Assembly (NCBI RefSeq): GCF_947568905.1
Contig: NC_079171.1
Location: 63,798,001 to 63,862,000, forward strand
Length of the DNA stretch: 64,000 bases
Direction: 5' to 3'
Origin: Ostrea edulis
Taxonomy: Eukaryota
Shown one piece after another: positions 39,201 through 48,902 of the stretch. Made by a program: the position numbers and the translations under genes. Positions within the stretch are counted from its first letter, which is position 1. Each line of letters begins with the position of its first letter. The notes under the pieces are model-generated. The model was not told where the DNA came from and did not search any database. It saw only the letters and a list, made by a program, of their open reading frames with translations.

Positions 39201-42200
39201 ACATCACAAAGTAAAAAAAAAAAAAAAACACCAAAAAAACATCAACAAAATGTGTCTCTGAAACTCTGAGGCCCCGTATGGCTGCATAGTTGATAACGGC
39301 CTAGGTTAAGAGGTTTCCAAAAGTGGGTCAAACTCCCAGATCAAGGTCACAATTTTGGTAATAAAACAAAGGTCTTGTCACAATGAATACACATGTGAAA
39401 TCTGAAAGCCTTACCACCACCTATTCAAATGTTATGGTTAAGGTTCAAGTCTTAGCAGACAAACAGACAGACCACAAACTATATGTTCCCGAAATCTCTG
39501 TTTCCAGGGTAAGCTGTAAATATAATTTATGATTCAGAAAATCTGCTAAGATGCGAGATATCAAAAAATAATAGTCTGTCTAAATTTTGACACTCATCAC
39601 AAGATTTCTTGAGAAAAAGGTCACAGATTTGTTGTAGCCTAGGTTATTTACAACTCTATCAAATCAAATCTTGTAATAAAAGACTGTTGATTCTAAGAAC
39701 AGTTAAACGTACAGTCATTTGTCTATTTTCACTTTCTGTTTTAATTTCCGCCTACATTTCCATGATCTCCATGATGACTTCTTAACTCTGTGATTTGCTG
39801 AATCTTGTCAGCTCACAATATACCTAACATTTAGTCGACATAATAAATTCGACTGCTACAGGTAAGTTTTACCTCCCCTAGAAAGATATGTTATCTTCTA
39901 CATCCCACTAATATTAACACCTGGTGTCACTGGCCGAGATTGTTAATTAGACATGATCAATAATTTCACATAGAAATGTTTACGTACATGTATATGCAAA
40001 CTTCATCAGGTAGCCATTCCAAACTGTCAGATAGAGTGTTTCTCTAATTTTTTAACTGTTTAGCCACTCCTTAAAATCTATCTATCTATTTGGGGGAATT
40101 TATAATACTTTAAATAGACTACTTTAAAAAACTCATTTCTATATGATGAAATTTTGTACATTTGAAGTTTTTTATCTACTAGCAGGGGTTTTTAAGGTCT
40201 TGATTTCAAGGGTCTGGGCCTTTCCAATTGGGAAAAATAACAATTTGCTTGAAATTGGGGAAAATGTTTCAAAGAAGTCGGGAGAAAACCAATTCAGAGT
40301 GCATTAAGGTTTAATTGGACTCCTTCTGACTTACAATTTGGTCAAAGCTTACCTCATTCAAATAAGAAAAGGCAAAAAAATTAGGGTTACTTAACAATTT
40401 TGAAGCAAACATTGTAATTTGTGGGCCTGTGAAGAAGATTTATGAACGATTTGGCTACCCTGCTACGTTTTCATTGTTTGGGAATTTAAAAGCAAAAAAT
40501 TGGGAAAAATACCTGGTTTTTAGCATTGGGAATGGGGCCTTATTTCGGCCCCCTGCAGACCCTAAAAAATCCCTAACTAATATACAACCTTTTCATATCT
40601 ATATTACATTTATAATGTAGCAATATGTGTTGCTTGGTCAACAAGCAGTAATTATTAAATACCTCAAAAGGAATTTCTAACCTGTGCAAATTAGTTTAAA
40701 GTTTACATTTGTAGCTCAATAACAAGCATATTGCCCCTATTTTTCTTTTGGTGTTTAATTCTCCTCTAATGTAGATATATATCAGAAAACATTAGTTTAA
40801 TTCATTTCACATTGATTTTTTTCCCCATGAGAAATCAAATGAAATGTGAAAAACAAATTCCCATTTTTAACACCCCCTACCTTACTTTACAGAATATGCA
40901 TGGAAAGAATATGTGCTCTGTTTAATATTTTGGTTATCAGTTAGAGAGTTTCATTTCTAAGATAAAGTTTGTGTACATACCATTTACGGTTTCGATCTGT
41001 CACAGCGTTCAACATTTCTATGACTTCAGGAGATTAGGACACAGGTTACAACTTTTAACTTAAAAGCTGTTTGGATTATGACTTGTGGGTTGCTAGGATA
41101 CAACTTGTGGGTTGCTAGGATACAAGCCTTAAACTTGTGGGTTGCTAAGATACAACAACTTTTGGGTTGCTAGGATACAACTTGAGGGTTGCTAGGATAC
41201 AACAACATGAGGGTTGCTAGGATACAAGTCTTACATAGAAAACTGATTGTTGTTGTTGCTAGGAGGCATTCCACACGTGGTATCGTACCCGTTCATGCGT
41301 GACTGCTTTACATAATTTGCCTCATCTTCCACCCTTTCTCTCTGTTTCTTCGACATTCTACCAAACTTCACCGCTGTAACACAAAATTCCACCTTGTTAA
41401 AATCAGAGGTTAAACAGTGTCGTCATCAGGACAAAATCTCAAGCTATGACGATTCATTGTACACTTAAATTCAACTTTTTCTTGGATAAAATAATTCATA
41501 TTCAATTGTACAGTACAACATACTTATAGTGAAGAGCTGGGGGGGGGGGAGGGGGGGTGTGTGAACAATTTTAATTCATTACAAAATGTAAGTCATCCTA
41601 CATTTATCCAATTAGTCATTATATAAAATACTGAATAAGTGTCAAAATTACAGAGAATGAAAATCATTTCACTATAAGCCTTAACTCATTATAAGTGTTC
41701 GCTGTAACAGTGTTTTACTGTAAGTGTGAATTCATTATAAGGGTGTTCTCTGTAACAGTGTTTTACTGTAAGTGTGAATTCATTATAAGAGTGTTCTCTG
41801 TAACTGTGTTTTACTGTAAGTGTGAATTCATTATAAGTGTGTTCACTATAACCATGGTTTACTGTAAGTGTGAATTCATTATAAGTGTGTTCTCTGTAAC
41901 CGTGTTTTACTGTAAGTGTGAATTCATTATAAGTGTGTTCTCTGTAACCGTGTTTTACTGTATGTGTGAATTCATTATAAGTGTGTTCTCTGTAACCGTG
42001 TTTTACTGTAAGTGTGAATTCATTATAAGTGTGTTCTCTGTAACCGTGTTTTACTGTATGTGTGAATTCATTATAAGTGTGTTCTCTGTAACCGTGTTTT
42101 ACTGTAAGTGTGAATTCATTATAAGTGTGTTCTCTGTAACCGTGTTTTACTGTAAGTGTGAATTCATTATAAGAGTGTTCTCTGTAACCGTGTTTTACTG

Positions 42201-45200
42201 TAAGTGTGAATTCATTATAAGAGTGTTCTCTGTAACCGTGTTTTACTGTAAGTGTGAATTCATTATAAGAGTGTTCTCTGTAACCGTGTTTTACTGTAAG
42301 TGTGAATTCATTATAAGTGTGTTCTCTGTAACCGTGTTTTACTGTAAGTGTGAATTCATTATAAGTGTGTTCTCTGTAACCGTGTTTTACTGTATGTGTG
42401 AATTCATTATAAGAGTGTTCTCTATAACCGTGTTTTACTGTAAGTGTGAATTCATTATAAGTGTGTTCTCTATAACCGTGTTTTACTGTAAGTGTGAATT
42501 CATTATAAGTGTGTTCTCTGTAACCGTGTTTTACTGTAAGTGTGAATTCATTATAAGAGTGTTCTCTGTAACCGTGTTTTACTGTAAGTGTGAATTCATT
42601 ATAAGAGTGTTCTCTGTAACCGTGTTTTACTGTAAGTGTGAATTCATTATAAGAGTGTTCTCTGTAACCGTGTTTTAATGTAAGTGTGAATTCATTATAA
42701 GAGTGTTCTCTGTAACCGTGTTTTAATGTAAGCTAAGTACGTCTATATGTACAACAGGTATCTCACTCCTTCTCCAATCTGAGCAAAAGTCTGATGGACA
42801 GAAGTAGTGAAAGTAGTAGTTCCTCGTGCATTCTCCAAAATCAATACCACCCCTCCTCATCAGTTCAATTCACTTATCAAGCACCCTGGATTATCGCGAT
42901 TATGTCCTAAAACAGACAACACTCAGCGACTAGTCACGGTCTACTTACCGTCCCGAGACATCCCTAGTGCCAGGCACTTCTGAAGGCGACAGAACTGACA
43001 TCTGTTCCGGTTCACTCGATCAATGACACAGTTTTTGTTTCTAGGACACTGATAATTAACCGGACCTGCTTGACTTCGACGAAAAAATCCCTAAAATAAA
43101 AATCACAAAATCACTGAGTCAATACCACTTAAAAGATCACATATTGATAATAGTTAAAAAAAATACTGTTCAGAAAAAATCTGATAATTGTTAAAATAAT
43201 ATTAACATTCACATTTATAATAAATCTGATAATTGTTAAAATAAAATAAATCTGATGATTGTAAAATTAAAATTACCATTCACATATATATTTAGAGATG
43301 ACAATGAAATGAATTGTTACCTTACAGCCTTCACAGGTGATAATCCCGTAGTGCACACCTGAGGACTTGTCCCCGCACACCTTACAGGGAATGACCTCGA
43401 TCTGAGCTGAAACACGAAAAACATCAACGTCACTTAATGTCATTACATTCAAAGAATAACCTCGATCTGAGCTGAAACACGAAAAATATCAATGTCACTA
43501 CATCCTAACTAAACTTCCTTACAGGCAATAACCTCGATCTGAGCTGAAACACGAAAAATATCAATGTCACTACATCCTAACTAAACTTCCTTACAGGCAA
43601 TAACCTTGATCTGAGCTGCAACACGAAAAATATCAATGTCACTACATCCTAACTAAACTTCCTTACAGGCAATAACCTCGATCTGAGCTGAAACACGAAA
43701 AATATCAATGTCACTACATCCTAACTAAACTTCCTTACAGGCAATAACCTTGACCTGAGCTGCAACACGAAAAATATCAATGTCACTACATCCTAACTAA
43801 ACTTCCTTACAGGCAATAACCTCGATCTGAGCTGAAACACGAAAAATATCAATGTCACTACATCCTAACTAAACTTCCTTACAGGCAATAACCTCGATCT
43901 GAGCTGCAACACGAAAAATATCAATGTCACTACATCCTAACTAAACTTCCTTACAGGCAATAACCTCGATCTGAGCTGCAACACGAAAAATATCAATGTC
44001 ACTACATCCTAACTAAACTTCCTTACAGGCAATAACCTCGATCTGAGCTGAAACACGAAAAACATCAACGTCACTACATCCTTAAAATATTGATTAAGTC
44101 TAATCCAGGGTTCGAAATTACCTCATGTCCGTAAGTCCGAGACTAGTAAAAAACGTGTCGGACTAGTAAATTCTCTATAGCACCAGTCCGTACGGACTAG
44201 TGAAAATCTGGAAATCAATCTTGAATTGGTTAAGATTTTAGCAAGATTTGTCCGAGTCTCTTAGATGTTTGAACTTATGGTCGATTACCTGCATGGTTAA
44301 GTGTTTGCATGACTATGACATCCTGATCTTCCAAACACATGGAGTGCGTTCGAGACCGCCGTTCTTCAAACGAGCACAAATTCCTGTCGATTCCGAACGC
44401 AGAGTATGCATCACTAGAACAGGTTCAAGAACTGCAAATAGTGTGGTCTAAGAACATGCACGTTTGTGCGCACATGTTCTCGTCATTCACGACTCTAACA
44501 CAGGAGTTCGTAAGCTCATGGCTTGGTCAATCGAGTGAATTTTATTGAATTTATTGATAAAATTTCAAACACCTGTGACTCTAAGAACTGAGCATGAAAA
44601 TAACAGGAATGTCGATCTCGAACGCACTTATGTAGTTATAGACGTTTATAAAAGGATTAACTCGGAGGTTACTGTATGCTTCTATGGATCTTGAATGCAA
44701 AATAAAGTATGGTGGTCTTTCTCTTCTGTAGGTGTCAGAAACTGAATTGCTTGCAACTGTGATGTGTTTGGTTTAATTATTACTATTTAAAAAAAATGAA
44801 GATCATTTAGTATATTAATATGACAGACTAGTGACATGCTTTGTGGACTAGTGAACATCAATAGTGACTAGTTCGTACGGACTAGTGCTTGAAAAAGTTA
44901 ATTTCGAACCCTGTAATCTGGTTGGAATACACTTAAAAGAATTTCACCGCTTTGTCTTGGGGTATAACGGTAGGGAGGGAGTGCGATTAAATAAAGAGAA
45001 ATGTGAAAACATTGGTCTCTTAAGGATTTCCGACCGTTGTCCGATATAAATATTCACCTTTGGTGTCTCTGAGGGTTTCAGACTGCTGTCCAGTATAAAT
45101 ATTTACCTTTGGTGGTCTCTGAGGGTTTCAGATCGCTGTCCAGTATAAATATTTACCTTTGGTGGTCTCTGAGGGTTTCAGATCGCTGTCCAGTGTAAAT

Positions 45201-46158
45201 AGTTACCTTTGGTGGTCTCTGAGGGTTTCCGACTGCTGTCCAGTTTGGCTTTCTGAGGGGGGCTGCCATGAATCATATTTTCTGTGTGGCCATCAGAGCC
45301 TGGCATCACTGCAAATAAAGTAAAATGTTTACAGCCATTGCAACCATGTTAACAGCAATTTACAGTCACTGTAACAGCCATTATAATGTCAGTATAAATA
45401 TATAAAAACTTTACATCTACTGTAACATTAGTATACAGCTGTTATAATGTCAGTATAAATATACAAAGCTTACAGCCATTGTAACCATGGTAACAGCAGT
45501 TTACAGCCTGTTATAATGTCAGTTCAGCCTAATGACTTCAGGGAGAGACAAACATTTTTTTATTCACTTGTCCCCGGGCAGGTGACAGGTCTATTGTTTA
45601 CTTACCTTCATAACAAACAGTAAAATACAGATAAATAACACATCTCAAGGAAAACAACGCGTGTTGGCAATGGTACAGAAACCACAGCAACATGAGATGT
45701 ACATCACGTTTTATATTTCAAATTTTTATCCATGGCCAAGTTTTTTTTTCCATTTTGAGAAATGGTCCTCAAAAATTTACCGTAATATCTACTCACTTTT
45801 GAGCTTGTACATGTAAATTTATCAAGCTTCACTTTGATACAACTTTGAACACTTTAATTTATCTTTTAATACACTCACTTTTGAGATTCTCAATGTTAAA
45901 TTCAACTTTGAAACGATCCCTGTTTATCATGTATACTCACTTATGAGACTGTCCATTGTAAGCTGTAAGCTTAACTTTGATATGATTCCTGTTTATCATA
46001 CTCACTTTTGAGATTGTCCAGTGGACCTCGATGTGGAGATTTATTCACGCTGACCGCTGGGGGTGGGATGATCTGCATCATGCCCTCTGAGGACATGTTC
46101 ACTGAACCATGGTCAAGGGAGGAAAGCGAGGATTGGTCAAGGGATGTGGCAGAAAAGT
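29996..46158 (-). CDS. HR3: Nuclear receptor NR1F (HR3/ROR), start exon not located
   Basis: join(46006-46158, 45207-45308, 43321-43406, 42949-43090, 41235-41373, 37766-37950, 35549-35670, 34118-34250, 33401-33508, 32121-32237, 29996-30252); all phases agree, ~514 codons. [39 protein letters not shown]...[27 protein letters not shown]; [33 protein letters not shown]; AF-2 FPALHKELF. Confidence 0.93.
30918..31140 (-). mobile_element. Penelope-like 3' fragment with its terminal 43 bp triplicated
   Basis: ggtgaagataacgaacag at 30923, 30966, 31009. Confidence 0.8.
31560..32119. repeat. 46-bp minisatellite, ~12 copies, abutting an HR3 donor
   Basis: Unit gtactaatttctctaatgtgtcatccctccttaagattagagttct. 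Confidence 0.95.
32121..32237 (-). CDS. HR3: HR3 LBD exon ([14 protein letters not shown]...[12 protein letters not shown])
   Basis: Acceptor ttttttcag; donor GCAG|gttagt; 117 nt. Confidence 0.9.
32640..32830. mobile_element. Helentron/HINE fragment (same family as 57725)
   Basis: aaacttgaatctgcactatgtca ... gctttcagctcaggtaagctaaaaa. Confidence 0.65.
32925..33420 (-). repeat. 37-bp array copying HR3 exon end and GTAAGT donor, ~13 copies
   Basis: Minus unit TCAATCTTCACCGCGTTCA|GTAAGTATGACATCACTA. Confidence 0.95.
33401..33508 (-). CDS. HR3: HR3 LBD exon ([36 protein letters not shown])
   Basis: Acceptor tttctgtgatacag; donor TTCA|gtaagt; 108 nt; absent from the ORF track. Confidence 0.9.
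33470..33757 (-). repeat. Duplications of the HR3 acceptor plus ~38 nt of exon start
   Basis: Extra gatacag|GG(A/G)... acceptors at 33618 and 33703. Confidence 0.9.
33783..33940. repeat. ~48-bp repeat, 3 copies
   Basis: acatttaaattctatacacagtatacaggtatatgtatccctaggcctg. Confidence 0.85.
34118..34250 (-). CDS. HR3: HR3 LBD exon ([25 protein letters not shown]...LLKA)
   Basis: Acceptor ttttgaacag; donor GCAG|gtcaga; 133 nt. Confidence 0.92.
34430..34660 (-). mobile_element. tRNA-derived SINE, near full length
   Basis: A box TGGCTGAGTGG, B box GGTTCGAATCC, (TCAA)n tail. Confidence 0.75.
34690..35310. repeat. 31-bp minisatellite, ~20 copies
   Basis: aaatttacagttgatgtgctatgctgggtat. Confidence 0.95.
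35385..35580 (-). repeat. 42-bp in-frame array copying HR3 exon end and GTGAGT donor
   Basis: Donors at 35548, 35506, 35464; the 35422 copy is mutated to ATGAGT. Confidence 0.95.
35549..35670 (-). CDS. HR3: HR3 LBD exon ([15 protein letters not shown]...IIETFKSM)
   Basis: Acceptor tttttgacag; donor ATG|gtgagt; 122 nt. Confidence 0.88.
35662..36135 (-). repeat. 35-bp array copying the HR3 acceptor
   Basis: TTTGACAG|TGATGCTTG present 10 times (1 real, 9 extra), plus 4 variant units lacking the AG. Confidence 0.95.
36400..37112 (+). mobile_element. tRNA-headed SINE (Meta-core-like) interrupted by an L2 fragment
   Basis: A box agtggtctagagg, B box ggttcgaatcc; core gatgaccttaaaatggatgtcccatgtcac...taaagaaccc; (caat)n tail. 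Confidence 0.8.
36548..36917 (+). mobile_element. 5'-truncated L2/CR1-group LINE 3' end
   Basis: Translates [46 protein letters not shown]; (ATT)n tail; TSD AATGTCAC at 36540-36547 and 36918-36925. Confidence 0.8.
37505..37722. mobile_element. TA-TSD MITE (Tc1/mariner-type)
   Basis: TA|CTGTGGAATCATT ... AATGATTCTACAG|TA. Confidence 0.75.
37766..37950 (-). CDS. HR3: HR3 hinge exon ([15 protein letters not shown]...VDLMDP)
   Basis: Acceptor tatttttag; donor CCAG|gtaagt; phases 2 and 1 match neighbours. Confidence 0.82.
38087..38548. repeat. 26-bp minisatellite, ~17 copies
   Basis: aaaaacaagtctctcatgtccaatat. Confidence 0.95.
38990..39151. mobile_element. TA-TSD MITE (pogo/Tigger-like)
   Basis: TA|CAGTCAAAC ... 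GTTCAACTG|TA; related copy at ~30336-30510. Confidence 0.65.
40183..40575. mobile_element. MITE with CAGGG termini and near-perfect 5-bp TSD
   Basis: cagggg tttttaaggtct ... agaccctaaaaaatcccta; flanks actag / actaa. Confidence 0.6.
41080..41228. repeat. Short degenerate array abutting an HR3 donor
   Basis: gggttgctaggatacaa, ~5 copies; echoes exon sequence CCTAGCAAC. Confidence 0.85.
41235..41373 (-). CDS. HR3: HR3 exon, C-terminal extension of the DBD ([18 protein letters not shown]...)
   Basis: Acceptor tgtgttacag; donor TCTAT|gtaaga; 139 nt. Confidence 0.92.
41680..42732. repeat. 48-bp minisatellite, ~22 copies
   Basis: aattcattataagtgtgttctctgtaaccgtgttttactgtaagtgtg; explains ORF 41695..42678. 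Confidence 0.95.
42949..43090 (-). CDS. HR3: HR3 second zinc-finger exon
   Basis: [47 protein letters not shown]; 142 nt; donor GACG|gtaagt. Confidence 0.96.
43321..43406 (-). CDS. HR3: HR3 first zinc-finger exon
   Basis: (A)[28 protein letters not shown]; acceptor ttttcgtgtttcag; donor AAG|gtaaca. Confidence 0.96.
43381..44082 (-). repeat. 72-bp array copying the zinc-finger acceptor and exon start, 9 extra copies
   Basis: Minus unit ...ATATTTTTCGTGTT(T/G)CAG|CTCAGATCGAGGTTATTGCCTGTAAGGAAGTTTAG. Confidence 0.95.
44106..44913. mobile_element. Non-autonomous DNA transposon, 15-bp TIR, 5-bp TSD (hAT5-like)
   Basis: Perfect TIR CAGGGTTCGAAATTA; TAATC at 44101-44105 and 44914-44918; subterminal gactagt repeats at both ends. 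Confidence 0.85.
45011..45245 (-). repeat. 50-bp array copying HR3 exon end and donor
   Basis: CCAAAG|GT(A/G)A donors at 45206 and three downstream units. Confidence 0.92.
45207..45308 (-). CDS. HR3: HR3 A/B-region exon ([34 protein letters not shown])
   Basis: Acceptor ttttactttatttgcag; donor AAAG|gtaact; phase 1-1; supplies the G that gives the canonical Ala of AQIEVIPC. Confidence 0.8.
45785..46030 (-). repeat. Degenerate copies of the 46006 exon end and GTGAGT donor
   Basis: Donors at 46005, 45940, 45878, 45796. Confidence 0.75.
46006..46158 (-). CDS. HR3: HR3 A/B-region exon ([18 protein letters not shown]...PLDNLK)
   Basis: Acceptor tttttcttgacag; donor AAAA|gtgagt; 153 nt; phase 1-1. 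Confidence 0.75.
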
Positions 46159-46983
46159 CTGTCAAGAAAAAATGAAACTTCATAAACTTGTACCACTACA
46201 TCACAAATCAAGCAAAACAGCCTGGCTGTCCTTCATGCAACAGTTAATTAAAACAATAATTAAATCAACAACTAATTAAAACAAGATCTTCTATCTGCTC
46301 CGATACTCTGATGTCACTGCATGATATAAAGACCTGACGACTTCACGTATGGGGTCAAATCAGAATGAATTTTAGATAATCCAATCAAATCATCGCCGGC
46401 AAAATTGTTGGCGGTAGGAATAAAGTTTGGTGTTTTCTTCATCCTCAACAGTGAATTTTGAATAACAGAAAGAAGAAAAAAATCCTGTTTGCCCCCCCCC
46501 CCCCCTTCAACTGAGCGTTGAATAATACAGATGGAGAAAATGATCCCCCGATTTTTAAATATTTCTAGACTACCCCCCTTCCACAGTCATTCTAAGTACT
46601 CCGGTATCCCAGAATAGATAAAATAACTATTTCTCCACACATGCCATGAGATTGAAGTTAGAAAAACCATGATCCACCCCTACAATTTCATTCCTCAGTG
46701 CCCTGTCCTTGAACACTTAGTGGATTAAACCAAACTGATAAGAATATGGCTAGCATAGTTTTGAGGACATGGCTACATATTTCCAGCATGAAGAGGCCTA
46801 GTTCATTGCCACCCCTCATCCACATGGCTACCCCTCATCCACATGGCCACCCTTCATCCACAGGAGAAAACCTTGTATAAATTCCTATTCTAATCATAGA
46901 GATTTGTATTCTGCTGTCTGTCTGTAATGGTCTTGTTTCCGTGTTTGTACATGACGAGGTGTAAATAAGCTTCGTCGGTCTCT

Positions 46984-47240
46984 CATAACTATCTCTGTTT
47001 TACATGCTATAGTAGATTGTAATGTTCATAACTATCTCTGTTTTACATGCTATAGTAGATTGTAATGTTCATAACTATCTCTGTTTTACATGCTATAGTA
47101 GATTGTAATGTTCATAACTATCTCTGTTTTACATGCTATAGTAGATTGTAATGTTCATAACTATCTCTGTTTTACATGCTATAGTAGATTGTAATGTTCA
47201 TAACTATCTCTGTTTTACATGCTATAGTAGATTGCAATGC
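46984..47240. repeat. 43-bp minisatellite, 6 copies
   Basis: cataactatctctgttttacatgctatagtagattgtaatgtt. Confidence 0.95.
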
Positions 47241-48200
47241 TCCGTAAACATGGGTAGAAAAATACTGACACTCATTCCAACCACACTGCTATACTGATAC
47301 ATTCAACGTGTGAAAGATGTGGGTGGATCCAGGATTTTCCCCTCTCATGGGTGGAACCGAAGAGGGGAGGGGGAATTAAAAGTTGATAACAACATAACAG
47401 CTCGGAGTTTATGCCATTTGCTGACATGAGAGAAAATTCCCAGTATGCTCTATTTTGATGCCATTTTTCCAACTGAAAAGGAATCCAAGCGGTCCAATTC
47501 TCCTACTGTAGAAGAAAACCCTACTTTGATAACACATACATATGAGTAATTATAAAACTCCCAGTCACCATTCATTTTTGTTAATCAGGTAATAGTGGGC
47601 AGGTCACAGTGGACAGGTAACAGTGGACAGGTGTACTTATGTAGTATGTTCTACAGGCATCATCAGCTCTGCTATAATCCAGAAGAGCAGGTTTCAGACC
47701 TGTACACCACTGTACAGATTTATCACCATTATATATAGTGAAGAGCCACACAAAAATTAATCACGTGGTTTCACACGCTGTTTCAGAAATAGGGTAGGTA
47801 GGTTGGGTTCTTGTGGACGAAGCATTAGAAAAGTCTGTAACTCTAGTGGATATTTAAGGAGGTACTCTACATCGTCAAAATGGCCGACTTCCTTTTAAAA
47901 CATGGATGAAAATAAGAATATTTAAATGCTTTCTTTGTAACAGTTGTTTTATCATGTTATGAAAATAGCTAGCATAGCAGGAAAAAAAAAAAATAAAAAC
48001 CCATGTAAGCTTACAGGACTAACAAGCATATAACTGCTACACATGTACTGTGGTGTGTACTATGAGGTCATGTGCGAGGTCACGCTATACAAGATCAGCC
48101 CGCCCTTGTTAAGGACACCGTTTACTTTGGATACAAGAGCTGTAAGGAACATTATCAAACACAGGTTTCAAGATTATGAACAGCAGATGTGTGTGTGTGT

Positions 48201-48250
<50 letters not shown>

Positions 48251-48689
48251 ACTTAGATTTGGAAATATATTGGATTTCTTTTTTTTTTGGATTGGGAATA
48301 TTTAAATTAACATACAATCACTCTCATATTTGTTTGGGTTAAGTGCTGTGTTTAATTTTCTTTAAATAAAGACAGACTCGAGCTAACTTCATTACAAGTG
48401 TTCATTCTGTCAACAACCCCCCCATCACACTACATAAAGTGTACTCTAGGAATTGCTGTATTTTTCTGTATTTTGACACTAGTTGATCATTTGAGAAACA
48501 CATCTTTACTTTCATTGTCTCAAAATTGGGGATTTCTAAACAACCAATCATGAAATTTCCAACTGAAATGGGGATTCATTTCTTTCATCAGACCCAATTT
48601 AGGAAGATTGATGACCCAAGTGGGTGTGTGGAAAGAATACTGCTGATAAATTTGTTTTCACACTAGGTCTATTGACACTGTCCTCAGAT

Positions 48690-48902
48690 CCCTCACTACC
48701 CCCTACACTGAAATGAACACTCTAAAGCCCTCACTACTCCCTACACTGAACACTCTAAAGCCCTCACTACTCCCTACACTGAACATTCTAAAGCCCTCAC
48801 TACTCCCTACACTGAAATGAACACTCTAAAGCCCTCACTACTCCCTACACTGAACATTCTAAAGCCCTCACTACTCCCTACACTGAAATGAACACTCTAA
48901 AG
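48690..48902. repeat. 34/39-bp minisatellite, ~6 copies, acceptor-like on the minus strand
   Basis: ctcactactccctacactg(aaatg)aacactctaaagcc. Confidence 0.9.

Noticed and set aside
41695-42678. 327-aa Cys-rich ORF
   Set aside because: Translation of a 48-bp array, antisense within an HR3 intron.
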